A stretch of 64,000 nucleotides of DNA. Source: Flavobacteriales bacterium (GTDB lineage: Bacteria; Bacteroidota; Bacteroidia; Flavobacteriales_D; Sanyastnellaceae). The translations under genes and the position numbers were made by a program. How positions within the stretch are numbered: the stretch's first letter is position 1; each line of letters opens with the position of its first letter. The stretch spans positions 11,094 to 75,093 of the forward strand of contig JBIKZA010000001.1 of NCBI GenBank assembly GCA_044354975.1, read 5' to 3'. Below, one piece after another: positions 1 through 10,818 of this stretch. Under the pieces are notes generated by a model. The model had not been told where the DNA came from, ran no database searches, and worked only from the letters and a program-made list of their open reading frames with translations.

Positions 1-2
1 CG

Positions 3-569
3 CAAGTATTTTGCAAAGGATTCGTTCCGGGATCAATAAACATTGGATTGAAAGGCGATTTCGCTCCTTGGGTTGGAACACTAATTACAGACATGAAGCA
101 ACGCATAGCATTGGTTACAGAGCCAGGTGAAGAAGAAGAAGCCATCACCCGATTGGCTCGCGTGGGTTACGACGGAGTTGTAGGATATTTGGAAGGAGGA
201 TTTGAGTCGTGGGATAATTCAGAAAACGAGATTGATCAGATTGAAAGCATATCTGCCGAGGTATTTGCTGAATTGGCTTCTGAAAAAAAGGTAAATACCA
301 TTGACGTTCGCAAGCCAACGGAATTTGAGGCAGAGCATCTAGAGTCTGTCACAAGCGCCCCTCTTCACGAATTGAATCAGCACATGAGCGCCTTTAAATC
401 AGGAGAGAACAACTACATCCATTGCGCTGGCGGATACCGAAGCATGATCGCTGCAAGTATTGCAAAGAGCCGTGGAATTCACAATGTCATTGACATTGCA
501 GGTGGTTACAACGCTATTTCTAAGACCTCTTTACCGAAAACCAATTTCGTTTGTCCGAGTACCCTATAA
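3..569 (+). CDS. rhodanese-domain sulfurtransferase-like protein, C-terminal part (5' end lies left of the window)
   Basis: Frame of ORF 48..569 stays open back to nt 3 (..QVFCKGFVPGSINIGLKGDFAPWVG..). A second rhodanese module carries the active-site loop HCAGGYRS. Confidence 0.7.
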   Translation, partial: QVFCKGFVPGSINIGLKGDFAPWVGTLITDMKQRIALVTEPGEEEEAITRLARVGYDGVVGYLEGGFESWDNSENEIDQIESISAEVFAELASEKKVNTIDVRKPTEFEAEHLESVTSAPLHELNQHMSAFKSGENNYIHCAGGYRSMIAASIAKSRGIHNVIDIAGGYNAISKTSLPKTNFVCPSTL

Positions 570-610
570 ACTTTGGTTTGTCGTATATTTGTGCATCTAA
601 AAATTAAGTC

Positions 611-796
611 ATGGGAAAATTAGGTTGGCCAGAGATTCTTTTAATTCTAGCGGTAGTAATGTTGTTGTTTGGTGGAAAGAAAATTCCAGAAATGATGCGC
701 GGTCTAGGAAAAGGAATGAAGGAATTTAAAGACGCAAGCAAAGGCGAAGGAACTTCTTCAACGCCTTCAGAGTCTGAAAAGATTGAGAATAAATAA
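611..796 (+). CDS. tatA: twin-arginine translocase subunit TatA/E
   Basis: 61 aa with an N-terminal TM plus amphipathic helix; [32 protein letters not shown] matches the TatA pattern. Confidence 0.85.
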   Translation: MGKLGWPEILLILAVVMLLFGGKKIPEMMRGLGKGMKEFKDASKGEGTSSTPSESEKIENK

Positions 797-808
797 CATC
801 TATTTCCA

Positions 809-2227
809 ATGGTGTTTCATTCATTGAAGGAAGTTCAATCTGAGCTTTCCTCAAAATCCGTTTCGTTAAAAAACGTTGTTTCTCAATATCTTCTGAACAT
901 TGAAGCTCGCATGAATTTGAATGCGTTCATCGAGGTTTGGGGAGAGGAGGCGCTTGCGCAAGCCGAGCTTATTCAACAAAAAATAGACAATGGAACTGCG
1001 GGCAAACTTGCAGGAATGGTCATTGCCATTAAAGATAACATCTGTTATAAAAATCATAAAGTTTCGGCATCATCTAAAATCCTTGAAGGATTTGAATCGT
1101 TGTACAGCGCAACAGTTGTAGAAAGAATCTTAGCGGAAGATGCCATTATCATTGGAAGATTGAATTGCGATGAATTCGCGATGGGTTCGTCCAATGAAAC
1201 ATCGGTATACGGACCAGTAAAAAATCCGTTGAATGAAAATTGTGTTCCAGGCGGATCTTCCGGCGGAGCATCTGCTGCTGTAGCGGCCGATTTTTGTTTA
1301 GCAGCTTTGGGTAGTGATACGGGGGGTTCTATTCGTCAGCCCGCTTCCTTCACCGGAATAGTAGGCATGAAACCCACGTATGGCGCGGTATCTAGATACG
1401 GACTTATTGCTTACGCATCGAGTTTCGATCAAATAGGTCCAATGACTAAGTGCGTGGAAGACGCAGAAATATTATTGAAAATTATTGGCGGTCCAGATGC
1501 ATACGACAGCACAGCTTTGTTGGAAGTTCTTCCAGCAGCGTCAGTTCGCGCAAGCAAACCGAAAATTGCATATATGAAAGAGGCGGTTGAAAGCGAAGCA
1601 GTTCATCCGGAAATTCGCAATCGCATCAATTCAATTATAGATAAACTGAAGTCGGAGGGTTACACGGTTGAACCGATATCTTTTCCGTATTTAGATTACA
1701 TGGTTCCCGCGTATTATGTGTTAACCACAGCCGAGGCCTCTTCCAACTTAGCTCGCTTCGATGGAATTAACTACGGTTATAGAAGCAAAGACGCAAAGGG
1801 GATCGATGATACATATAGAAAAAGCAGAACGGAAGGCTTTGGTCGTGAAGTAAAGCGAAGAATATTATTGGGATCATTCGTGTTGAGTTCTGGATACATA
1901 GATGCCTACTACGGCACTGGACAGCGCGTGAGACGCGTGTTACAAGAAAAGACGAAAGCAATCTTTGATCATTACGACCTCTTACTTTCACCAACGTGCA
2001 CAGATGTTGCGTTTGAATTTGGCGCAAAATCGAAGGATCCTATTGCAATGTATATGCAAGATATTTTTACGGTGCATGCAAACCTTACAGGCAACCCCGC
2101 GATATCTATTCCATGTGGAAAAGAGTCAACAACAGGCTTACCTTTTGGCATTCAGATCACCGCTCGTCACAAGGAGGACAATGATTTGTTCGTGTTTTCA
2201 AAAACGCTAGAAGCCTTATTATCCTAG
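809..2227 (+). CDS. gatA: Asp-tRNA(Asn)/Glu-tRNA(Gln) amidotransferase subunit A
   Basis: 472 aa with amidase signature GGSSGGASAAVAA and GatA-like sequence over the full length. Confidence 0.95.
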   Translation: MVFHSLKEVQSELSSKSVSLKNVVSQYLLNIEARMNLNAFIEVWGEEALAQAELIQQKIDNGTAGKLAGMVIAIKDNICYKNHKVSASSKILEGFESLYSATVVERILAEDAIIIGRLNCDEFAMGSSNETSVYGPVKNPLNENCVPGGSSGGASAAVAADFCLAALGSDTGGSIRQPASFTGIVGMKPTYGAVSRYGLIAYASSFDQIGPMTKCVEDAEILLKIIGGPDAYDSTALLEVLPAASVRASKPKIAYMKEAVESEAVHPEIRNRINSIIDKLKSEGYTVEPISFPYLDYMVPAYYVLTTAEASSNLARFDGINYGYRSKDAKGIDDTYRKSRTEGFGREVKRRILLGSFVLSSGYIDAYYGTGQRVRRVLQEKTKAIFDHYDLLLSPTCTDVAFEFGAKSKDPIAMYMQDIFTVHANLTGNPAISIPCGKESTTGLPFGIQITARHKEDNDLFVFSKTLEALLS

Positions 2228-2374
2228 GCAAAGCGAGTTTTTCCCTAACAGAGTGTTCACAATTGTGTTTTTCCGAGATTGGAAATAATACATTTTTTTC
2301 GGAAATTGTATCCGAAACGCAAGGGCAATAAACACGTTGAAACGTTGTTGCCCTATTTATAAAGGGAAATCATA

Positions 2375-3955
2375 ATGAAAAAATTAGTTACAGTATTACT
2401 GGGCGTGCTATCGGTTTGGAGCGTAAGTGCCATTGAAATTCCAAAGGACACTTTGCAAGACCGTCAGGTGGCGGGATTGAAGAAAGAGGAGATTGACGAA
2501 ATTGACAGGATGCTTGTGGCAAGTTACCTCAATCATTTTTGTTTTTCTGCGGATCCAGATATTCAAAACGCGTATGATTATCCAGCGGATCACATTCCCA
2601 ATTTTCCAGAAGAACTTACGCGCGAGCGCTTGCAGGTATTGGATAGAGAAAGTCCTTTTGATTTGGTATACAACGACAACGTACGCGACTTCATTGCGCT
2701 CTATTCAGTAAGAAGAAGAGATGTAACCGCAAAGGTTTTAGGTCTTTCTCAATTGTATTTTCCTTTGATTGAAGATGCGCTGGTGAAATATAATATTCCG
2801 CTTGAGTTGAAATATTTGGCTATTGTTGAGTCGGCTTTGAATCCAACTGCCATCTCTAGAGCAGGTGCTGCTGGACTTTGGCAGTTCATGCCTGGAACTG
2901 GAAAGATGTATGGGTTGGATATTACGAGTTATCAGGATGAGCGTTTCGATCCAATAAAGGAAACCGAAGCGGCTTGTAAATACTTGCGTTTCTTGTACAA
3001 CACCTTCGGCGATTGGAATTTAGCCTTAGCGGCCTACAACAGCGGTCCGGGTAACGTGAACAAAGCTATACGTCGTGCCAATGGCAAGAAAGATTTTTGG
3101 GCCATTAAGCAGTTCCTTCCGAAGGAAACACAAGGCTATGTTCCTGCATTTATTGCGGTGAATTACATTATGAACTATTCTACAGAACATAACATTTTTG
3201 CCAAGAAAGCGGCTATGTCTTATTTCGAAACAGACACGATTCATGTTACAGGAAGAGTAGATTTCGATGTTGTTTCCAAGAGCTTGAATCTTCCACTTGA
3301 GGAAATCACCTATTTGAACGGGACATACAAATTGAAAGAGATTCCAGATAATGGACAGGTCCATTACTTAATGTTACCCGTTGAGAAAATTGGCGACTTC
3401 TTGGCTCATGAAAAAGAGATTTATTTGGCCAGCGAGGTTAAAAAGCCAGAGCCAGAGCCTGTTGTGGCAGATACCGCATCAACCGAGGGTGATGCTGGAC
3501 AAACAACAAAGGTTATTTGGGAAGATCAATGGAAGACCCATAAAGTAAAGAAAGGCGAAACACTGAAAGGCGTTTCAACGAAATACGGAGTCTCCTCTTC
3601 TGACATTAAAAAATGGAATAAGCTGAAGTCTTCAGCATTGAAAATCGGTCAAAACTTAAAGGTTAAAGTGAAGGTGAAGAAGACTATTACGATTCCTAAA
3701 GTTACGGAGCCGGCCGATTCGACTTCAACTAATACACCGAAGGTAACACCTCCGGCAGAAGCTCCGAAACCAACGCCCCCGAAGCCCGCTACCCCAAAAG
3801 AGGAGTATGTTTATTACACAGTAAAATCAGGCGACAGTCTCTCGGGTATTGCTTCTAAAAACAAAGTTTCTGTTGATTCAATAGTGAAACTAAACAAGGG
3901 CTTAACACCGAATAAAATACAAATAGGACAGAAAATTAAAATCAAAAAGAAATGA
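2375..3955 (+). CDS. lytic transglycosylase with C-terminal LysM repeats (MltD-like)
   Basis: Signal peptide, SLT block ESALNPTAISRAGAAGLWQFMPGTG, a Pro/Thr-rich linker and two LysM modules. Confidence 0.85.
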   Translation: MKKLVTVLLGVLSVWSVSAIEIPKDTLQDRQVAGLKKEEIDEIDRMLVASYLNHFCFSADPDIQNAYDYPADHIPNFPEELTRERLQVLDRESPFDLVYNDNVRDFIALYSVRRRDVTAKVLGLSQLYFPLIEDALVKYNIPLELKYLAIVESALNPTAISRAGAAGLWQFMPGTGKMYGLDITSYQDERFDPIKETEAACKYLRFLYNTFGDWNLALAAYNSGPGNVNKAIRRANGKKDFWAIKQFLPKETQGYVPAFIAVNYIMNYSTEHNIFAKKAAMSYFETDTIHVTGRVDFDVVSKSLNLPLEEITYLNGTYKLKEIPDNGQVHYLMLPVEKIGDFLAHEKEIYLASEVKKPEPEPVVADTASTEGDAGQTTKVIWEDQWKTHKVKKGETLKGVSTKYGVSSSDIKKWNKLKSSALKIGQNLKVKVKVKKTITIPKVTEPADSTSTNTPKVTPPAEAPKPTPPKPATPKEEYVYYTVKSGDSLSGIASKNKVSVDSIVKLNKGLTPNKIQIGQKIKIKKK

Positions 3956-4398
3956 TAAAAGAAGGAGCCACCGTAGAGGTGAATTACGAACTTTTCATCG
4001 ATGATGAAAACGGAGAATTGGTAGAATCTACCCTGGAACAAGGACCAATGAGATTTACTTTCAAGGTTGATCCAATGATTGAAGGATTTGAAAAAGGATT
4101 AGCCGGATTGAATGTTGGCGATGAGTTTCGCATAAGCATTCCATGCGCAGAAGCTTATGGAGATGAGCAGGAAGAATATTACATGGAGTTTCCGAAAAGC
4201 GATTTCATGGAAGAAGATGGTGAGTTCGACGAAGATGTGTTTGCAGTGGGGGAAGTCATTCCAATGGAAACGCCAGAAGGACATCAAGTTCAAGGGGTTG
4301 TTGAAGAAGTTAAATTGAATACTGTGGTTATTGATTTTAACCATCCGTTAGCTGGAGAGAACTTGTTCTTTAAAGGACATGTGGTTTCAGTATCGTAA
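3952..4398 (+). CDS. FKBP-type peptidyl-prolyl cis-trans isomerase (SlyD/SlpA-like)
   Basis: 148 aa with an FKBP fold pattern and insert-in-flap region. ATGA overlap with the upstream gene. Confidence 0.8.
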   Translation: MIKEGATVEVNYELFIDDENGELVESTLEQGPMRFTFKVDPMIEGFEKGLAGLNVGDEFRISIPCAEAYGDEQEEYYMEFPKSDFMEEDGEFDEDVFAVGEVIPMETPEGHQVQGVVEEVKLNTVVIDFNHPLAGENLFFKGHVVSVS

Positions 4399-4403
4399 GA
4401 ACT

Positions 4404-5270
4404 ATGCAATTCGTTCGTACTTCCGCCAGCAGCATTTCCCGTATCTCTGCATTTGCAGGATCTACGTTGGTGTTGCTCATGGTTGGAATTTTTTTAGTTT
4501 TCTACTTGGTAGCATTGCAGGTTTCAGATCACATTAGATCTCAATTTACCGTGCAATTGTTATTGAATGAAGAGGCGAGCGAAGAACAAATATTAAGTTT
4601 TAAAAAGGAAATCGAGGGAGGCGGAATCGCCTCCCAAGTTTCTTATACATCAAGTGAACAAGCTGAAGCTGAATACAGCAAGGAAATTGGGGAAGACTTT
4701 GTTCAAGTCCTTGGATACAACCCACTCCCAGCATCCATAGATGTTCAAATCAATCCGGAGAAGGCAGATGGCCCAACGGTAGACGCATTCGTAGAATCGT
4801 GCAAGCTGAATCCGATTATCAAGGATGTTGGTTACGAGAAGACTCTTCTTCAATCGGTAAATGAAAACATCTCGAAATGGGGCGCCATCATTGGTGGAAT
4901 AGTCATCTTGTTTTTGATTATCTCAGCTTTCATTATCATGAATACGGTTGAATTGGCCATCTCTTCTCAACGTTTAATCATTCGAAGCATGCAGTTGGTT
5001 GGTGCTACGCCATGGTTTATTAAGCGTCCGTTTTTATGGCAAAGCCTGAAAAACGCCTTGCTTTCTTCTTCCATCGCCTGGCTTTCCATTTCAGTAATAT
5101 TATATTTTAATCAGCAATCGTTGACCGATATTATTCAAATTTTACTTGATGGTGGCGGATTTTGGAAACTCGGAGCTCTGCTCATTACATTGAGTGTGGT
5201 GGTTGGAGTTTCTAGCACCTATATAACTGTAAGCCGTTTCGTTCGTGCGAAACTGCATCAAATGTATTAA
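4404..5270 (+). CDS. ftsX: FtsX-like permease (cell division protein FtsX family)
   Basis: One N-terminal TM, an extracytoplasmic domain and three C-terminal TM helices, as in the FtsX family. Confidence 0.7.
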   Translation: MQFVRTSASSISRISAFAGSTLVLLMVGIFLVFYLVALQVSDHIRSQFTVQLLLNEEASEEQILSFKKEIEGGGIASQVSYTSSEQAEAEYSKEIGEDFVQVLGYNPLPASIDVQINPEKADGPTVDAFVESCKLNPIIKDVGYEKTLLQSVNENISKWGAIIGGIVILFLIISAFIIMNTVELAISSQRLIIRSMQLVGATPWFIKRPFLWQSLKNALLSSSIAWLSISVILYFNQQSLTDIIQILLDGGGFWKLGALLITLSVVVGVSSTYITVSRFVRAKLHQMY

Positions 5271-5466
5271 CGCCGTTCCTATAAGGAAGTCGGCCTAAAC
5301 CCAAAGAATAACAACCGAAAACAGAACCTTCGAAATAAACAAAGGGGTAATCGTTATTCTTGTTCAACGTTAACGAAACATGAAGATTTAAGTGAGGTGT
5401 TCGAAATTGAGCAAACTTTCTTATTTTCGTTGCCCGAATAAAAACAGAAAATTAATTAACACAGAC

Positions 5467-6288
5467 ATGAGCACAAAAGCAAGTCCTACAGTTAAGCAAG
5501 AAAACGGCTTTAACTTCAGTTCAATTTTTCCTTACATCGCAATTCCAATTGCATTGTTAACCGGATGGGCATTATACACCTTTATCTTAGGTGATGCTGC
5601 AAACTTCGAAGGCGGAGACGCAATTAAAGGTCATCCATTAAACGTATTAGGCACTGTTCACAAGGGTGGATTCATTGTACCTATTCTTATCGCGGTTAAC
5701 TTGATTGTAATTATCTTCTTCTTTGAGCGTTTCATTAGTTTAATGGCGGCTAAAGGAAAAGGAAGTATTTCTGCTTTCGTTCAAAACGTTCGTAAAATGC
5801 TTGCTAACGGAGATGTTAATGGCGCTTTGGCGGCTTGTGATGCGCAAAGAGGTTCTGTTGCCGCTGTTTTGCGCGCAGGTCTTTTGAAATACCGCGACAT
5901 GTCAGAGAATACAGAGTTAGATAAAGAAGCGAAAGTAACAGCTATTAAGCAAGAGCTTGAAGAAGCTACGGCTCTAGAATTGCCAATGTTGTCTAAGAAC
6001 TTGGTTATCCTTTCAACTTGTGGATCATTAGGAGTACTAGTTGGACTTTTAGGAACTGTAAAAGGTATGATTTCTTCGTTCGAAGCAATGGCAACTGCTG
6101 GTGCTCCAGACGCAACTGCACTTTCTTTGGGTATCTCTGAGGCCTTGATCAACACGTTCTTGGGTATCATGGCATCTGCAATTGCAATTATCCTTTACAA
6201 CTTTTTCAATACACGTATTGACAGCATGACATTCGCAATGGACGAGGCTAACTTCACTGTTACTCAAACATTCGCTTCGAAGCATTAA
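5467..6288 (+). CDS. exbB: MotA/TolQ/ExbB proton channel protein
   Basis: ExbB-like TM topology and conserved C-terminal TM pair. Start moved to ATG 5467 (MSTKAS..) from ORF-track 5392. Confidence 0.85.
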   Translation: MSTKASPTVKQENGFNFSSIFPYIAIPIALLTGWALYTFILGDAANFEGGDAIKGHPLNVLGTVHKGGFIVPILIAVNLIVIIFFFERFISLMAAKGKGSISAFVQNVRKMLANGDVNGALAACDAQRGSVAAVLRAGLLKYRDMSENTELDKEAKVTAIKQELEEATALELPMLSKNLVILSTCGSLGVLVGLLGTVKGMISSFEAMATAGAPDATALSLGISEALINTFLGIMASAIAIILYNFFNTRIDSMTFAMDEANFTVTQTFASKH

Positions 6289-6323
6289 TTCAAGTTTTTA
6301 CTTAATTATAAATATTTAAGAAT

Positions 6324-6980
6324 ATGTCGAAAATCAAGATGCCCAAAAGCGCTCCTAGCTTGGATATGACGCCTATGGTTGACCTTGGTTTCTTGTTGGT
6401 AACGTTCTTTATTCTCACCGCGAAGTTTCGTCCAAACGAACCTGTAATTGTAGACGTTCCTGCTGCAACATCTGAATTGTTACTGCCAGAGAAAGTGATG
6501 CAAATTACGGTTGATGACAAGGGAAGAGTTTTCTTTGACCTTGCTGGAAAGGAAATTCGCAGAGAAATGTTATCTCGAATGGTTCAGAGACATCCGGAAT
6601 TAAAACTTACCGAAGACGAGGCGCGTAAATTCGCTTTACTAGGTATGTGCGGAATGCCATTGAACAATCTGAGTCAGTACCTAGGTTCTGATGAAAAAAC
6701 AAGAGCAGCACTTGACGCACAAACCCCTGGTATCCCTACCGATTCTATCAATGGAGAATTGGGAGATTGGATTCAGAGTGGGTACGAAGCCTTTATGGCC
6801 GATGCCGAAAAACACGGTTTAGAACCGAAAGACATCAAAGGCGATAAAGCGTTACGTTACGCAATTAAAGCAGACGGAACAACAGACTACGAAAAGGTAG
6901 AGCAAGTCATTGACGTGTTCCGCGACAAGAATATTTTCCAATTTAACATGGTGACTACTTTGGAATCTGGTTCCAAATAA
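6324..6980 (+). CDS. exbD: ExbD/TolR biopolymer transport protein
   Basis: N-terminal anchor motif LDMTPMVDLGFLLVTFFIL. Confidence 0.8.
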   Translation: MSKIKMPKSAPSLDMTPMVDLGFLLVTFFILTAKFRPNEPVIVDVPAATSELLLPEKVMQITVDDKGRVFFDLAGKEIRREMLSRMVQRHPELKLTEDEARKFALLGMCGMPLNNLSQYLGSDEKTRAALDAQTPGIPTDSINGELGDWIQSGYEAFMADAEKHGLEPKDIKGDKALRYAIKADGTTDYEKVEQVIDVFRDKNIFQFNMVTTLESGSK

Positions 6981-7005
6981 TGCAACCGTATAGAACAAAC
7001 ATGTT

Positions 7006-7677
7006 ATGGCAGAAATAATAGAAGGTGGTGGAGGCCACGAAAAAGGCGGTAAAAAGAGACCCAAGAAGAGCCCGGTGCGCATGGACATGACACCAATGGT
7101 TGACTTGGCGTTCCTTCTATTGACCTTCTTCATCTTGGCAACCTCACTGAGCAAACCAAAGACACTGGAGATTGTCTATCCGAAAGATGTTGAAAATCCG
7201 GAGGATCAGACAAAATTGGATGACGATTTAGCTACGACAATTATTGTGGGTGAAACCGACGATCAAATTTTCTACTACCATGGAAAATTCAGAAAAGACA
7301 CCACCAAATTGGAGCCGTCAGATTTTTCTAAAGATGGTTTACGTGTAATGCTACTTGAAAGAAACAAACGAGTAGTAGAACAAGTAAATTCTTTGAAAGA
7401 TCAACAAAGAGATGAGTTGAGAAAGAGTAACACACGCGAAGATGACGAAAAAATAAATCTCCGATTTAAGGAGCTTATTGCAGACGCTTCGAACGATTCT
7501 CTTGCTCCTTTCGTAATTGTGAAAACAATGCCTACCACGAAGTGGAAGAATGTTGTGAATGCGATTGACGAGTTGAACATTACTAACGTGAAGAAGCGCG
7601 CCATCATGGATATGGAAGCGCGTGAAGCGTTGCTTTTCCTTTCACCAGAAAAAGTAGCGGAATTAAAATTGAAATGA
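7006..7677 (+). CDS. exbD: ExbD/TolR biopolymer transport protein (second copy)
   Basis: N-terminal motif MDMTPMVDLAFLLLTFFIL; follows exbB-exbD. Confidence 0.8.
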   Translation: MAEIIEGGGGHEKGGKKRPKKSPVRMDMTPMVDLAFLLLTFFILATSLSKPKTLEIVYPKDVENPEDQTKLDDDLATTIIVGETDDQIFYYHGKFRKDTTKLEPSDFSKDGLRVMLLERNKRVVEQVNSLKDQQRDELRKSNTREDDEKINLRFKELIADASNDSLAPFVIVKTMPTTKWKNVVNAIDELNITNVKKRAIMDMEAREALLFLSPEKVAELKLK

Positions 7678-7724
7678 ACGATTGATGTGTAGTCCTGTAC
7701 TGCACATTATAAAAGCAAACCATT

Positions 7725-8630
7725 ATGTCAGCAGTAACTGATTTTCTTAGCAACCACTCAGACTTGGTGGCTGTAGCTACAGCAGCAGCTGCGGTTACAT
7801 TCCTTGGTTTTGAAGCGGGCTGGAATAGCATTATGGCCCCAGAGCGTAATGAGCAGGTATTCGAAAACAAAAACAAAGCATACGGAGCCTATAGAATTCG
7901 TTCTAGGTACGGCAGCGTTCTGGCTATAGCATTGTTTTCTGGTATTTTCTTGGTATCTGGTGCGCTAATTGTGCCAGTCATTTTAGCCAAAGGCGAAAAG
8001 AAAGAGAAAGAGGTGAAGGTGGAAATGAACACAGAAATGATTGCGCCGCCACCAACGGATCCAAACGAGCCGCCACCGCCACCGCCACCGCCGCCACCAC
8101 CGCCACCACCGCCACCAACGGTTCGTCAAATTCAATTTACATCGATTGTTATTGAAGAGAACGTAGAGACTCCTCCACCATCTCAAGATAAATTGAAAGA
8201 TGAAAAAATTGCAGACGAAACCACCGAAGGCGATGACGGTCCAATGGGCCCATCAGATGCAATAGCGGTTTACACTCCAGTCGATAACAAAAACGACAAA
8301 GACGCCCCTTTGCAATTCGTGCAGGAAATGCCGGCTTACCCGGGTGGGGAGAAGGCGTTGTATGAGTTTTTGTACAACAACATTGCATACCCTGAGCAAG
8401 AAAAATCTCAGAACATTGAAGGAACCGTTTTCGTAAACTTCGTTGTTGAGAAAGATGGAACACCGACTAACTTCACCGTAACACGTGGTGTAGAAGGTGG
8501 AAAAGGATTGGATAGAGAGGCATTGGGAGCTTGTAAGAAATTAGGCAAGTTCAACCCAGGAAAGCAAAACGGGGTTTCTCAACGTGTATTCTTGACCATT
8601 CCGATTAAATTTACTCTTGCAGATAATTAA
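7725..8630 (+). CDS. tonB: TonB-family energy transducer
   Basis: TM anchor, poly-Pro spacer (about 20 consecutive P) and a C-terminal TonB domain (YPGGEKALYEFL..EGTVFVNFVVEKDG). Confidence 0.8.
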   Translation: MSAVTDFLSNHSDLVAVATAAAAVTFLGFEAGWNSIMAPERNEQVFENKNKAYGAYRIRSRYGSVLAIALFSGIFLVSGALIVPVILAKGEKKEKEVKVEMNTEMIAPPPTDPNEPPPPPPPPPPPPPPPPTVRQIQFTSIVIEENVETPPPSQDKLKDEKIADETTEGDDGPMGPSDAIAVYTPVDNKNDKDAPLQFVQEMPAYPGGEKALYEFLYNNIAYPEQEKSQNIEGTVFVNFVVEKDGTPTNFTVTRGVEGGKGLDREALGACKKLGKFNPGKQNGVSQRVFLTIPIKFTLADN

Positions 8631-8650
8631 TCGATAAATACTTACTGAAA

Positions 8651-8677
8651 AGGGTTGGCTTGGGTCAACCCTTTTTT
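8651..8677 (+). terminator. rho-independent terminator after tonB
   Basis: Hairpin agggttg/caaccct followed by a T6 run. Confidence 0.7.
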
Positions 8678-8690
8678 ATTTTTGAATTGA

Positions 8691-9287
8691 ATGTTACCCT
8701 TTCACACAGATAGCAACGAAGCGGGTTTAGATGAAGCCGGAAGAGGCTGCCTCGCAGGCCCAGTGGTTGCTGCTGCAGTTATACTTCCTGAAGGATTTTC
8801 ACATCCTTGGTTGAACGATTCGAAGCAAATGAGCAAGAAGCACAGAGATGAGCTTCGTGTTATCATTGAAAAAGAAGCGATAGCATGGAACGTAGAGTTT
8901 GTTTCACCACAGGAAATAGATGAGCTGAATATCCTTCGCGCTTCAATAACAGCAATGCAACGTGCAACCATGAAATTGAAGAAAAAACCTTCTCATCTTT
9001 TAGTTGATGGAAATCGATTTTATGCCATGGAAGGGTATGCGCATACCTGTATGATTAAAGGCGATGCGCGCTTTATGAATATTGCCGCGGCTTCGGTTTT
9101 AGCGAAAACACATCGCGATGAATTCATGTTGAATCTGCACGAAAAACACCCGCATTATAAGTGGGATCGAAACATGGGATATCCAACGAAGGCACATCGT
9201 GCAGCAATTTCAGAATTCGGGGCGTGTGAGCATCACCGCATGACCTTCGCTCTTTTGCCAAGGTCGTTGCAAATAGAAGCGCTTTGA
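8691..9287 (+). CDS. rnhB: ribonuclease HII
   Basis: 198 aa with [17 protein letters not shown] catalytic motif. Confidence 0.9.
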   Translation: MLPFHTDSNEAGLDEAGRGCLAGPVVAAAVILPEGFSHPWLNDSKQMSKKHRDELRVIIEKEAIAWNVEFVSPQEIDELNILRASITAMQRATMKLKKKPSHLLVDGNRFYAMEGYAHTCMIKGDARFMNIAAASVLAKTHRDEFMLNLHEKHPHYKWDRNMGYPTKAHRAAISEFGACEHHRMTFALLPRSLQIEAL

Positions 9288-9303
9288 TGCCTATTTTCGC
9301 ATT

Positions 9304-10038
9304 ATGCAGTTAAGAGCTGAAAACATTCAAAAGATTTATGGAAAGCGCACGGTTGTAAAGGACGTGTCGTTTCACGTTGAGCAAGGCGAAATCGTTGGAT
9401 TACTCGGTCCGAATGGTGCGGGTAAAACGACGAGTTTTTACATGGTAACCGGATTAATTCAACCCAATCATGGAAAAGTGTTGCTCGATGATAGTGAGAT
9501 TACGCATATGCCTATGTTTCAACGCGCGAAGATGGGTGTTGGCTATTTGCCGCAAGAAGCTTCTATATTTCGCTCGTTATCCGTTGAAGACAACATTAAA
9601 GCTGTGCTTGAATTGACGGGGCTTTCAAAGAAAGAGCAAACGGAAAAACTAGATGCGTTATTGGAAGAATTTGGTCTTACCGAAAGAAGAAAATACATTG
9701 GCCACCACCTCAGTGGCGGTGAAAGAAGACGGACTGAAATTGCTCGGGCATTGGCAACGGACCCGAAATTTATTTTGTTAGACGAACCCTTTGCAGGCGT
9801 TGATCCCATTGCCGTTGAAGACATTCAGCGAATCGTTTGGAAACTGAAAGAACGCAACATTGGAATTCTCATTACCGACCACAATGTGCAAGAAACACTG
9901 ACCATTACGGATCGTGCTTACCTCTTATACGACGGAAATATTTTGAAGTCCGGAAGCGCGGAAGAGTTGGCTTCCGACGAGCAAGTGCGTCGTGTTTATT
10001 TGGGTCAAAACTTCGTTTTAAGAGCCCGAAAAGAATAA
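9304..10038 (+). CDS. lptB: LPS export ABC transporter ATP-binding protein
   Basis: 244 aa with Walker [10 protein letters not shown] and signature LSGGERRR; LptB-like length and C-terminus. Confidence 0.88.
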   Translation: MQLRAENIQKIYGKRTVVKDVSFHVEQGEIVGLLGPNGAGKTTSFYMVTGLIQPNHGKVLLDDSEITHMPMFQRAKMGVGYLPQEASIFRSLSVEDNIKAVLELTGLSKKEQTEKLDALLEEFGLTERRKYIGHHLSGGERRRTEIARALATDPKFILLDEPFAGVDPIAVEDIQRIVWKLKERNIGILITDHNVQETLTITDRAYLLYDGNILKSGSAEELASDEQVRRVYLGQNFVLRARKE

Positions 10039-10040
10039 GC

Positions 10041-10058
10041 CCCCGAGAGTCTCGAGGG
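10041..10058. terminator. GC-rich hairpin between convergent lptB and sod (candidate bidirectional terminator)
   Basis: ccccgag-agt-ctcg(a)ggg stem, with T-rich sequence on both sides when read on either strand. Confidence 0.45.
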
Positions 10059-10080
10059 CCTTAGTATTTATTTGGAAGAA

Positions 10081-10680
10081 TTACTTCGCGCTGTTGTAGC
10101 GAGCTTCAACCACTTCCCAATTGATAACATTGAAAAAAGCTTGAATGTAATCTGGACGTCTGTTCTGATAGTTCAGGTAATACGCGTGTTCCCACACGTC
10201 TAAACCTAAAATTGGAAATCCAGAGCAGCCAACATTTGGCATCAATGGGTTGTCTTGGTTTGGAGTTGAGCAAACTTCAAGTTTTCCGTCTTTCACACAC
10301 AACCAAGCCCATCCTGAACCGAAGCGAGTCATTGCAGCCTTAACGAACAGTTCTTTGAATGCGTCGAATGATCCGAAAGCCTCGTTAATGGCGGCTTCCA
10401 TAGTTGGAGTTACTGTTCCGCCGTTTGGCGAAAGCAATTCCCAAAATAGGTTGTGATTGTAAAATCCACCACCGTTGTTTCTAACCGCAGGGGTGTCGAA
10501 ACCTTTCACCATAACTTCTTCGATAGAAAGATTTTCTAAATCGGTTCCAGCGATAGCGTTATTTAAGTTTGTTGTGTAAGCAGCATGGTGCTTACTGTGA
10601 TGTATTTCCATCGTGCGAGCATCGATGTTTGGCTCAAGGGCATCGTACGAATAAGGTAAATTTGGTAGTTCGAATGACAT
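10081..10680 (-). CDS. sodA: Fe/Mn superoxide dismutase
   Basis: 199 aa; [28 protein letters not shown] and DVWEHAYYL signatures. Confidence 0.95.
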   Translation of the reverse strand: MSFELPNLPYSYDALEPNIDARTMEIHHSKHHAAYTTNLNNAIAGTDLENLSIEEVMVKGFDTPAVRNNGGGFYNHNLFWELLSPNGGTVTPTMEAAINEAFGSFDAFKELFVKAAMTRFGSGWAWLCVKDGKLEVCSTPNQDNPLMPNVGCSGFPILGLDVWEHAYYLNYQNRRPDYIQAFFNVINWEVVEARYNSAK

Positions 10681-10761
10681 AGTTATTTTTTTGCGAAATT
10701 AACCCAAAACAAACGCCACAAAAAAATTCTTCTCAATTCGTTAATATGCTTGATGCGCGCT

Positions 10762-10769
10762 TATCTTTG
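10762..10769 (+). promoter_or_regulatory. candidate Bacteroidota -7 promoter box (TATCTTTG) for mreB
   Basis: Exact TAnnTTTG match 50 nt upstream of the mreB ATG. Confidence 0.35.
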
Positions 10770-10818
10770 TAACTCTATCGAAGCGTTTTCAATTAACCTA
10801 TTTTAAAGAAGGAAAAGC

